From NCBI GenBank assembly GCA_964252035.1, contig OZ176200.1: a stretch of 64,000 bases of DNA. One strand, given 5' to 3'. Positions 26,414 through 38,311 of the stretch are shown here, piece by piece. Made by a program: the position numbers and the translations under genes. Each line of letters begins with the position of its first letter. Position 1 is the stretch's first letter. This stretch comes from Podarcis erhardii. Taxonomy: Eukaryota. Under the pieces are notes generated by a model. It saw only the letters and a program-made list of their open reading frames with translations, was not told where the DNA came from and searched no databases.

Positions 26414-29400
26414 TTTCTTTGCACTTCAATTTTACAGGATATGATAGATGATATGCAGTGTTTGCTGATTATTTCCCCCTTATTCTGTCATATTTTGAAG
26501 CTGACATAGTGGTGTGAGACAGCTCAACTTGACTGACATATGCTGAAGAAAATTTATTAGTGGTTTCCAGTTTGATTGGCAGTTCTTTATGTGATATAAC
26601 TGATAACATCCTAATGTCAAAGCCATATAACATGTTGGTGATCATGTTGGTTCTGAACCTTAGATGCATGGAGTGAGGATCACATTACTGAGAGGGTTGG
26701 GTGTTAGAAAATCATTCCTGACTAGTGTTTGTAATTTGAATATGAAATACCACCTAAAGATTAAGTGTGTTTTTCCTGTTTTATTCTCCTTGAAGAGTTA
26801 GTTATTGGATAGTTTGCAATGTGATAGCATTTGACATGAATATTTAAAACATGCCTAGTGGTAGGAAATGCATTTGGCAAACAGGAAGTTCAGTGTCCTC
26901 ACCGCCTGGAGTTCTGTATCCTATCTACAACAAATTAAGCAGCCAGAAGAATCTGACCTCTGTGAGTTAGGACACATATGTGGTGATGAGATCTGTCTTA
27001 AGAGGCTGGACTGTAGCCAGTGCCTTGGAAGTCAGTACCAAAATATCAGAGCAGGGAACAGAGAGAGATCAAGCACCATCAAAATATAAGAACTGAGAAA
27101 ATGAAGAGACTGAGCATCAATTTGCAATGCACTGGAAGCTTAATGGCTGTAGATAATTTGCATAAATTTGCCTGAAAATGGTGGGTGCTGGGCTGCCAGA
27201 ATGGGAGAAAATTTCTCTCTCCCAGCAAGTTGGGTAGACTTTTAAGAGCCATGTTGTAGTTTCCTCCATATCTTGAAAATCCAGATTTATGCATAACCTG
27301 TGTTTTAGAAAGCCTTGACGTATAATATACATTTAGGGGAGGAGATGCATCTTTCTAAGTTTTTCTCCAGGCGTGAGATACAGAGAAGAATTGTATATTA
27401 ACCATGTTTTTAAGCTTTCCTTTCAAATCCATGCACATCCTTATAAAATGCCCACTGTACTACAGATTCTAAATTGGACTCTCAATGAATGGTATTAGTA
27501 AGTGCATTATTGGTCAATAATGCCTGATGTCATGATTATTAGATTAATTAGAGGTATTAAACATTTTGTGCCAGTAGTGATGCATACAAAAGTTGGTGCA
27601 GAAAATGTCAGGGAGTCAGTGCAGAAGCTGAAAGACAAAGTTGGGATTGCAGCAATGGGCAAGAGTTAACTTTAGCCTAAGCAGCATTCTGATTTGCCTG
27701 AAAAGTGCAGAGATGACGAGAGCAAAGGCTGGTAAGGAGGGAGGTTGCAGTAGTCTACGTAAGATGTGACTGGAACATGAATTAGGGTTTTAGCAGCAAA
27801 TATAGAAAGAAAGAGATAATTCTTGGATGGGTGTTGGAGAGTAGGAAGTGACAGCACCCTAGGATTTCTGGAAGGCAGAGGAGATCACAGCAGTTTCTGC
27901 AACATGATGGAGAAGGATCAGATGAGAAGACTGGAATTTCCATTGCTAGCCTTGTCAGTTCCATGCGTCAGTAGCATAGTCTGGAGTAAATGCCTATCTA
28001 TTAGTTAAATATTAGTTTAATATATCAGATTTCCTATATATGTAGATTCCCCCCCCCCCCCCGATTTTCTTGTTAAGTAATGCGGCTTGAATTTAACTAT
28101 GCTTGCTGACATTACGTTGGAATTAATGACCAAATGATGATGCACTCCTAGGCACATTCATGTGGAAGTCAGTTCCATTGAATTCATAGCGACTTACTTA
28201 GTTAAACAGGTTAGGATCTGGCCGAAACAACCTCTCTAAGATTGCAGCATTTGTATATTTTAAAATCATTACTTGTAACAATGACATACCGGCATATCAG
28301 GAAACTTTGCTATTGCAGCATTAGTATTTCAATTTTTCTCTCTTCAGATATTTATGTTAGATTGCTTCCTACCGGATGTGAATTATGACACTGAATTTTC
28401 TGCCTCTTATCTGATGCTTTTATTTTGCGCTCTCATGGGCATTTGCTGCTTTTCCTGTTTTGGTGTTTTCTGAAAGCACCTCTGTGGATAAGTTCCCCTT
28501 TTCCAGTTCACTAATGAAGATGTTTTAAAACAATGGATCTAACAGTGATCCCTGTAGTTTCTAAGAGCTCCATCCCTCCTGCAGTTTGGTATGTTGCTGT
28601 TTCTCATTATCCTTTGTTTATGGTTCTTCAGCCAGCTTTTGACTTTTGTGTTCATATCCGAGCCAATTATAATTACTTTTCTGAATAGCGGGCCATGATA
28701 TAAATTATCATCCTGCAAAGCTTTCCCCAATATGCTCTGAGCCCTTGGAGATATTGCAGCATTTTCATTTCTAAAGATGTGGTGACTTACGAGATATTTA
28801 AAAGGAAGCTGCTCAACCCATTGTCACACTTAATTAACATAGGGTAGACATGGGAACTCAGTCTTGCTTTTTAATCAAAGGTGCAGCCACTTAGTCTTTT
28901 TAAAGTGAGGGTGGGGCAGAGTTATTCTTCTTTCAGAGTAGCCGATTCTTTCACTTCCACATGATAGTGTGCAGGCATATGCCTTTCAGACCATTGCTGC
29001 TTTACCAGAATAAATTGCATTTTTATTGGCTAGCCCTGACTTCCTTAGAATTGGCAGCAGCTTTCAGTGGGTACTGGAAAAGTTACCTCCAGTCATTGGC
29101 TTTCAAGGCAAACGTTTACAAGCACTCTTTTTCTCTCCTTCCCGTCACTCTTCAGCTTTGCTACCCTTGAGATTTATTGCTTTTCGTGCTCCATTCCTTT
29201 ATCATGGAAAAGTACTTTCCTCGGGTTCCTGTTAATCTTTATAGTATGTGTGATTGCTGCCATATATGCTTACCCAAGCCATAAACCTTATCTGACCTGT
29301 ATAGACTTGTTGAATTGCTTTTCCTTGTCTGTATAAATCAGACCTGCTGAATTTGCTTGACATGTTCCCTTAAGCTTTTAAAGAATAAAAAGGGAAACTT

Positions 29401-29469
29401 CTGAATGTCAAAAGTTTCTGCATCAGTGTCTCCATGAGGTTTAGTGAAGGTGAGGGAATAACTATAGCT

Positions 29470-29811
29470 CAGGGGTAGGCAACCTAAGGCCCATGGGCCA
29501 CAAGCAGCCCATGGGGCTTGTTTAATCGGCCCACAAGCCTCCCCCAAACTGAGCTGCCTGCTTGACGAGTCCCCGCACAATGCTCTTAACCGGCGCGGCG
29601 CGGGGACTTGCTTCCACTGCGCCGGAAATCACGTCTGTGCATGTGCAGAAGCCAAAAATCATGTTTGGGCAGATGCAGACGCTGGAAATTGTGTCTGCAC
29701 AGATACCGGAAATCGCGGACAGGCGCGCTCACACGTGCGCGCGATTCAGCCCACAGAGGGATCTCTGCTGGAGTGAATCGGCCCAGGCAAGGTAAACCTT
29801 GCCGACCCCTG
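29470..29811. mobile_element. CpG-rich hAT/Charlie-type MITE, same family as 25451 in the opposite orientation
   Basis: TIRs caggggtaggcaa / ttgccgacccctg; perfect 8-bp TSD ctatagct (29462-29469, 29812-29819). Confidence 0.9.
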
Positions 29812-30028
29812 CTATAGCTGGTCCTTGGTTCAAGCAGGAAAATATTTCCATGAGTGTGTTATGCTTCATGTATTCGTATAGCATTGCATGAATGTGTTGA
29901 TTGTACGTACAAAGAGAGGTGGAAGCTTGAATGCTTCCAGCTCCAGACTGGGGAGCTAAACTAGCCTTAAAATCTTCCTTCATTATTACCTTATGTTTCA
30001 GAAATGGTGGAGTAAACATTTATGTTTA

Positions 30029-30430
30029 TTTTTATTTTTTTAATAATATTTTATTTGGATTTTTCAAACATAAATGCAAAAATAAAAACAAAACAGTGTA
30101 ACATATATCATAACATCTTTTCATAACATCTTTGGACTCCCTCGTGCCTCCCGCTCCCATTTACATCATTGCCAATTCTTGCCAGCAATTTATCATCTTG
30201 TTTACACTCTTATGACAAATTCATTTAAATATAATCTATAAGTTCTCCAAAAAGTTTATAGTTTTTTTCTCAAATTTACTTATCATCTTAATTCTCACTA
30301 ATTTAGTGGTGCACAATTATTTATGATCTAGCATCCTTTCTTAGCATTCAACCAAATTACAGTATTTTTTTAAATAAATCTTGAATTTCTTCCAATCTTC
30401 TTCAACCCTCTCCTCTCCCAGGTCTCGGAT
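30029..30430 (-). mobile_element. 5'-truncated L1-type LINE (ORF2 C-terminus, 3' UTR, A-rich tail)
   Basis: Minus strand 30430-30341 translates IRDLGEERVEEDWKKFKIYLKKYCNLVEC*; T-rich tail at the left; perfect 16-bp TSD taaacatttatgttta (30013-30028, 30431-30446). Confidence 0.8.
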
Positions 30431-30494
30431 TAAACATTTATGTTTAACAACAACACCACACAGGAATTTTAAACTCAACATCTCCTTGGGTGTC

Positions 30495-30672
30495 CTGTGA
30501 ATGGCAGACCAGGAGTTTAAATCCCCACTCAGCCATGAAGCTCACTTGGGCCTGTCATCAACTCTCAGCCTGACCTGTCTCAGAGCTGTTGTGTGGATAA
30601 TATGGAGAGCCATGTATGCCACCATGCGCAGCTTGGAGGAAAGGTGGGATAGAAATGCAACCAACCAATCAA
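30495..30672 (+). mobile_element. MIR/Ther1-derived SINE (Squam3-like)
   Basis: ggagtttaaatccccactcagccatgaagctcac...ctctcagcctgacc...ttggaggaaaggtgggatagaaatg. Confidence 0.7.
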
Positions 30673-32303
30673 CGAATATCTTATGACAGAGATACTGTAA
30701 TTAAGCTTGGACTGTGTGATCTTCCAAAGGTGCCCATGGAGCATGATACTGAGCCAGTGGACCTTGACACCTGTAAAATTATAAGTAGGTGGGATTCTGG
30801 TCAGGTGTTGGACCCCTGGTTGAAATTAATTCTGCTTCTTATGCTGCGTTAACAGATCTTTGTGGACTATATCAGTGAGTGATGTTTCTTCTGTCATCAG
30901 AACATATGAGTGCAGTGTGGCCTTCCCTGTTTCTGACAGAAATGTTCTCTGTTAAAACAATGGGTCAGCAAATCCCTCTATTAAGACTGGATTAACTGTA
31001 CTTTTCTTCAGTGGGAAACTGCTACTTGAGGTTAAAAATCACTGCTTCAAGTGACAAGCGAAGGAATAGTAGCCATTTGCTTCTGAAGTTCATTTATGGA
31101 AAGAATATCCCTTCAGATCAAAGAAGACTGTCCTGCTAACTAGCCTGTGTGTAAAAGTACAGCCTTCCTCAATTGTTAAGCTTCCTAAATGAAGCAGTTC
31201 TCCAAAGAATGTAGAGCAATGGTATGCTAATGAAGAGCCAGCAATATTATCTTGCTGTAATGATGGCTGATTGATAGCATCAGTAGAGAATTAATGAAAG
31301 GTTGTGGGAAGCAGACCCCCTTCTTCGGAGTAAGGGGTGAAATATCTTCTTCCTTGTATCTAAGAAAGGTGATACAATTTTTTGACAAATGTTGGGTAAA
31401 TTGCTTTTCCCTCTGACAACATGAAAGATTCTAGAGAAATACTTTGCACTTAGAAGAGATACCATAGCTGTTACCGGATTTAAAGTCTGCATCAGCCCAA
31501 GCAGCACCAGAAACATTTTGACTTGATTACGAGAAGCGTATATTTTATCCCCTTAAGCACTGCTTTGCTTGCCTAATAGGCAGGTGCCCTGACTTCCTGC
31601 TCATTTCCGAATCTCCTTAGTTGACCAGGGATGGAACATGAGATGCTGAGAGGGTCATAATCAGAGGCATGGATCCTGTTCTGGGTTTCTGAAACACATG
31701 AGTGAGCTATCACACGTGTCCTATTTTTAGAGGCAGAACTTACTTGCAAAGAGTTTGACTTCACTCAGTCCGTTTGTAGCTACTTCCTTGTTTCTATTCT
31801 TGATATGACCACGTACCTTGGACATATCTCCTATTTCAGGTACAGTATCAATATAATATCACTATAAGTCTGTGAGCATTTCAGCTGTGAGAAGGTAAAG
31901 GAAAAAATGGAAATCCGCACATGACAATGCTGGCTGAGGAGTGGCTGCCTTTTTTTATGAAGCAGAAATGATGGCATGTGTGCACTATGGTTTTGTGAGA
32001 TATCCTTCAGCTTATCCCCTTTCTGGAATCAAGGGATGAGAGTAAACAGTTAGAAAGCCTATAAAAACCTGCAGGCTTCCCTACTTTATTTAAGTCCTCA
32101 TATATCTGCCAAGGACTCTGGGAATTGCCCAAATATGGGATCCATGCATGTATGTGGTGGTGATGGGGAGATGGAGGTGTTGTAAATAGGATATTGCTGT
32201 AAGCTGCTCCAGATATTTGGCCATGGAACCAACCCTTAGATTTCCCCCTGAATGATTGCTTTTCAGTCGTTGCTTCCAGTCAGTTGCATCTCGGGAATCT
32301 TAA

Positions 32304-32624
<321 letters not shown>

Positions 32625-33937
32625 TAAGAGGGAGGTAGGGAGGGAGAGGGGAAGGACTGAGGCGAAAGAAGATTGGTGTGTGCCTGGGTGCTGTGAAAAG
32701 TCACAGGTCGCTTTTTGCCACCACCGTGGCTAAGGCCTGCGACAAGTATCTGCCCTAAGAGTTTCTTCCAGTCCAGCAGAGTCAGTGGCATGTTGCTAAC
32801 TTGGGACGTGTTGCAACATGTCCCTTTTCCAGACATTTCCTTTGTTGGCGTTCTTGGAAGGTTGTGGCTGTGAGGAGAGCTAGCTGCTTGCTTAATTAGC
32901 TTTTGTGGCCCATGCTGTCAACAAAAAGAAAACAAAACAGAGTTTGCAGCCGGTGTGGGTGGGGGTGTCTCCAACCTTCAGTTTTTCCTTGTGGTCCTAA
33001 AACAAAGGAGAAGGTCCTCAAGAGCATTAGAAACAACAGACAAAAATCACAGGATTCCCCCAAAACAAGGAAAGTGGTATAAAAACTGATTTATAAATAG
33101 GCAAAACAATTTCACCACCTTTACTGAAACAAGAAGCAGGTAAAACATACCTTATCCTTGAATGTGGGAGAATGTGCACTGAGTACATCCACATTGAAAT
33201 GTGCAACAACCATGAAAAACGTACAGAAAAGCTTCTCATTTTTCGTTTTTGTTTTGCAAAACTATGCGTACTCTCTAAAAAGAATAATTTCATTTCTACT
33301 GAGGAGCAAGCATCCTTGCTGAAATAGGAGTTGAACAATGAGACAAGCTACTGCAAAAGTATAATAGCAAATGACTCTTCTATTTTAAATGTCTAGTAAT
33401 GATTCTCCATGTACATCAGTTGACTGGAAAGTTGAGTTTTAGCAATGCAGAAAAAGGACAGAACCTCCCTCAGAGAGATCTAGACTTGAATCATAATTAC
33501 AGTGCATCCACAATTCCAGGATTTGCACTTCTGCAGACAGACTGTCCTATTTGCATAAGAACTGCCATCACAATGACTGCAGAGCCAAAACAAGGATGCT
33601 AATTGTTAGTATTTTTAATATCCAGAAGTACATAGTAATGAAATCTCAAAGTAAAAATGCACTTCATCTGAATAAAGAGAGCCCCGATTTATAATTCTTA
33701 GCCCTCAGATTATGAAATAAGGAGCAGCGATTCCTGAAAAGTAGAATCTAGCCATTTTACTTTTTAAAAAAATCCATACTTACATGTTTGCACGTACGCA
33801 CATGTATGTATGTATATCTGTCTGTCTTTCTGTCTACATGTGTGCAGTCATTGTACATGCACACATACATTTCTGGACCCCATTTTCAATGCTGGATTTC
33901 TTTACATTTCTAACCTTGGGACAAGGTTACCTGAAAG

Positions 33938-33939
33938 AT

Positions 33940-33970
<31 letters not shown>
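33938..33970. repeat. (ATTT)8 tetranucleotide repeat
   Basis: Direct reading. Confidence 0.97.
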
Positions 33971-33973
<3 letters not shown>

Positions 33974-35146
33974 AGTTATAAATGGCCTTTTCATATAAAA
34001 TATTGCAGACCAAAAACAGCAGTACACATTTCAATGAAAACTTCATCAAGCACATGGTAAGAACTGGTTGGCAAAGAAACTCTGTTTTGAAACACCTGTC
34101 TGAATAATACAATTTTAAGAAGACTTCTAGAAATGAGGAGGGATGGCTCTTGCTGAACTTCTCTTGCCAAGGAATTCCACAGGAGCTGTCAAACTTCCCC
34201 AGAAGAAGACATGACTGATCAAGGAGGAGCATAAGGAATCATGTGGTTATGGAATGGCCTCCCCCAAGAGGCTCTGGTGTCTTCATAGTGTCTTTTTAAA
34301 TGTGGTTTTAAATAAACTTTAATGGTGTGGTCTTAAGCTGTGCTGCAAATAATTTTATATTGTTTCTGAAATAACTGAATGCACTCATGTGCAAAGGGAA
34401 TGTGTGAAGAGTTGATTGAACAGATATAGTTATGAAGCCTGAGGAGGAAGTGCACATTTCGGCAAGGGATCATCATGGTGCTCTGCATCAGGTGCAAACC
34501 TTAAATTATTGCTGTATATTTGGTAGTGCAACTCAATTTTCACCTTTGGTAACCGCCCAGTGTGTCACATGCTGTGTGTTTAGTATGTCTGTTCAAATAC
34601 TGTGATGTGAGAGTCTCCTAGCTGTGGATTTTTTTTAATGAGCCTTGCATGTTACTTGGCTACGGTGATGGTTTAAAAAATACATACAAAGCATTTTTCT
34701 GAATCTCATAGCCTTGCACCTCCTTTGCAGTTCTTGGTTTCTCATATAAATGGTCTTATCGGTAAGCAGCGTCACTTCCTTTTTCATCTGCAAACTTTAC
34801 ATTTGAAGGATTTTCATCTTTACCAAACCAGTGTCTGTTTAGTTTCCCTAGTTGTCTTCTTTCTTTTCCTCCAACTGAATTGGTCTTTTTTGATGTACTC
34901 ATTTTCCCTGGGCCAAAAAATAAAAATGAAATCCATTTGCCCTCTAAATATTTAATTGGGATGGGCTTATCTGAAGACACAAGGAGGCATGTTGGTACCA
35001 AGCCTTAGTTTGGTGTGGGGGAAAATATTTTTGGTTTCTGCTCTTTTGTACCTGTTGAAATGTGAATGAAAAGGCCACAGAGAAAAAGGAGGTAGAGATG
35101 CTTAGACCTCCCAATAAATTTTCTGTGGCTTGCACTTCTGCTTTAT

Positions 35147-35447
35147 TAAGAACATAAGATGGTGGATGAGGCCAGTGGCCCATCTAGTCCAGCATCCTGT
35201 TCTCACAGCAGCCAACCAGATACCTCTGAGAAACCAGCAAGCAGGATTCGAGTGCAAACCTCCTGTGGTTTCCAGCAACTGGTATTCAAAATCATTGCTG
35301 CCTCCAAGTGTGGTGGCAGAGCATAGCCATCATGGCTAGTAGCCATCAATAGCTCTCTCCTCCATGAATTTGTCTAATACTGTTCTAAAGCTATCAAAAT
35401 TGGTGGCCCCCACTGCCTCCTGTGGGACTGAGTTCCATAGTTTAAAA
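35147..35447 (-). mobile_element. CR1 LINE 3' end
   Basis: The minus-strand ORF ends KLWNSVPQEAVGATNFDSFRTVLDKFMEERAIDGY*, the typical CR1 ORF2 C-terminus, followed by 3' UTR and a (ttcttat)-type tail. Confidence 0.85.
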
Positions 35448-37047
35448 CTAAGTGAAATTAGGAGTGCCATTGGTGCATACTTAGAGAAATGAATGCACGA
35501 GCCCCTTGCCTTGCCTCTCTGGAGCTGCAGAGTGCCATCATCATTTTTGAGGAGGGGGAGCCAGCAAGAGTCTTTAAAATCAAGTGTGGCAGAGAGCAAT
35601 GAATTAGAACGTGCCCTTACAGGAACAACAACAACAACAGCCTTCTTAAAAACAAGGGGAGTTGGAATTAGCAGCAGCGTATGTGAAGTGCAGAATCATG
35701 TTGAAGTGAGCAATGAACAGCATATGACAATCAAAGCATTGCTTTTCTTTTTTCTTGTTGTCGCTAGTCAATTGCAGAATGAGCTTATGGATGCACTCAC
35801 CCATGTCTTTCTTGCTAACGGCTGCTCTGATTTTGTGTCTTTCCCTGACATATTTCATCCCCTGAAGTATTCTCCTTGTTCTCCTTGTTATCTGATATCA
35901 TTGCTTCAGAGTCAGTCCTTGGATATGTGGCTTTCAAGGAGCACCTCATATCTCGGGGAGTTGGCTTGTCTCCAGTGTCGCCGATGTGCTGTGGGGTTGG
36001 GGTGTGCTCAGGGAGCGTGTCCCTCAAATAGTAGTCCACCATCCAGAGTTCAAGAGCCCCTGGCCCAACCTGGCGGCTTGCAGCCCTTCTCTTTCCATCC
36101 TCTTGATGTCTGCTGCTCTTCCCTCCAACACAGCTCCATCTCTCCCCCAGACATTGCTCCATCACCTTCTTCAACAGGTCCCTGCTGCCTTCCATCGCTC
36201 TTGGTCCTCACGCAACTCCTTTCCCAAATGTCCACCCAGGGAAGTTGTGTCAACAACAAGGGTGCTCGGCCTCCTCATGCCTTAAGGATCCCTCCCACTA
36301 CCGGGTGTGCCTTGCGCCTAAGGAAGTACAGGAGTGGGAGTTGTACGCCCCTCATCCACAGCTTGCCCACCCACCTGCCTGGCACATGGCACTAAAGGGC
36401 TGAGTCAGTCTTTGCCACCTGCATTCAACTGTCAGTGTCATTGTGCTGATGCTCATGTGCTGCCAGACGCCCACTGCATTGCCAGAGCGACTGGCGTTAC
36501 TCCTCCCTCCTTGACAGAGGCAACGGGGAAAGAGGTGCTAGGGTTCACCTCCATCCTGATCAGCTCTGTTGCTCCCACTTGCCCCTGGTCTGTCTCTCTC
36601 TGATCACTTAGGGAGGGTGCCCCATAATCCCCCCAGGTCCCGCTGAGGCCCTCCCCAGGGTCCTCCTCCTTGGACCTGGCATAGAGCGCAGAGCATTCCA
36701 TGACAACCACGGAGCTAGGCAAAAGCGCAGAACTGCCTTCCCTTCATGAGCACCTGGGCATTCAGCTTAGGCCAGGCATCTCAGTTGCTTGGATGCTTGA
36801 CCCAAAGCAAAGTAGAGGAGAAGCACAAAGAGCTAATTTTTGCCATCTTCTGGAAGCCTGGCTGATCCCTTTCTCAAGTCACAGTCAACTGTGGCCTTAC
36901 AGTTCTTGGGTCACAATGAAAGCGAATTATGTGGGTGAGAGAGACCACATGCATTATTTTTGTTTAATTATTACATTTATATCATTCCTTTCTTCCGCAA
37001 TGGAACACAAAAGCAATGAGCACAGGGTTTATTGTGTTTTTAATACT

Positions 37048-37048
37048 C

Positions 37049-37082
<34 letters not shown>
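37048..37082. repeat. (CAA)11 trinucleotide repeat (intronic)
   Basis: Direct reading. Confidence 0.97.
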
Positions 37083-38118
37083 TATTATAAATATGCTTAA
37101 AGTTGTTCACAATGCAACAGCAGTGTCCATTATCCATGTAGGTGAACCAAAATAAAACATGCCACACAATGATATTCAGCTAAGTTTTACTTAGAATTCC
37201 TATTGAAATTCATGGACCCAAGTTAGTCATGATCATTTGTTTCAATGAGTCTACTCTGAGGAGAAAAAAAGAGTTGAATGCCATCCACTATATATGATAG
37301 TATACATATTTTTACTTCTCTGCAAAGATTAACCCTTTGATGCAAATATAATGCAAATGAAGCTTCTCTAAAAGATTTTTGGGAGTGAGAAGAAGATTTA
37401 GGCTGAATTTAGTATGTTCAAAAGGGTTTAGTTGTGCCAGCCTAAAGGTCAGCCTTGATAATGAAGTGTTTTGAGAGGAGAGGCTTTTGCTGCTTTTCTG
37501 CTTTTTCACCCATCCTCATGTAGGAATCCTTCATGGAACTTAAAGTCACTAATGGGATTACTGATTGCCTTTGAAACTGCCTGCTTTTTAGGCTGGAAAC
37601 TAATGCTAGTTAAGTACAGTTTTTCCCATTGTGAAAATGGACAATTTGGCACTTGAGAAGTTATCAAGCATAATTATGTGCTTTTAGAAAGGTTTTAGAA
37701 AATCAAACACCTGGAAATACAGGCGCTCCTTATAGAGGCTCTTGTGAATGCTGTCTCAGGGATAGGAGGAAAAGAGAAAGGTCTTTTTCATTTGGATTTT
37801 GCCGGTTGGTGGTCATTGATGTATGTGGGTATTTCCAGCATGGTTGAATGAAATGGGAAATAATGAAGAATATAGGATATCTGTTTATTGGCTGCTAATC
37901 CCAAGCAGCAATATTGGCTTTTTCATTGGTTTCTAAAGCAAGATTTTGTGGTTGGAAGGAAGCCAGTGGCTCCTGAATCTTGGATTGACCAGATGAAAAA
38001 ACTCATAATTTAAGTCTTCTTTTACATAAAGTGCCACTTCATGTACTATATGTATGCAATATGTAAGGTATATGTGGACTTTTGAAAAAAGTGGTCAGCT
38101 TATGTTATAGATACCATA

Positions 38119-38311
38119 TAAGAACTTAAGAAGGGCTAGCTGGATGATGCCAGTTGCACATCTAGTCCAGCATCCTGTTCTCACAGTGGCCAACCGGATC
38201 CCTGTGGGAAGACCATAAGCAGGACCTGAGTACAATACAACAGCACTCTACTCTCCTGTGATTTCCAGCAACCGGTATTCAGAAACAGACTTACTCTGAC
38301 AGTGGAGGTAA
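38119..38311 (-). mobile_element. CR1 LINE 3' UTR fragment
   Basis: taagaacttaagaa...catctagtccagcatcctgttctcacagtggccaacc...tttccagcaaccggtattca, homologous to the element at 35147. Confidence 0.75.

Noticed and set aside
26197-31123. TCF/LEF-type sites (ACATCAAAGG 26197, ATCAAAGG 28874, AGATCAAAG 31115; also CCTTTGATC 58427)
   Set aside because: A 7-mer core is expected several times by chance over both strands of 64 kb. These are isolated and show no enrichment.
36700-37155. 151-aa ORF with a polyglutamine tract
   Set aside because: The Q11 is just an intronic (CAA)11 microsatellite. There are no splice signals or homology to support coding.
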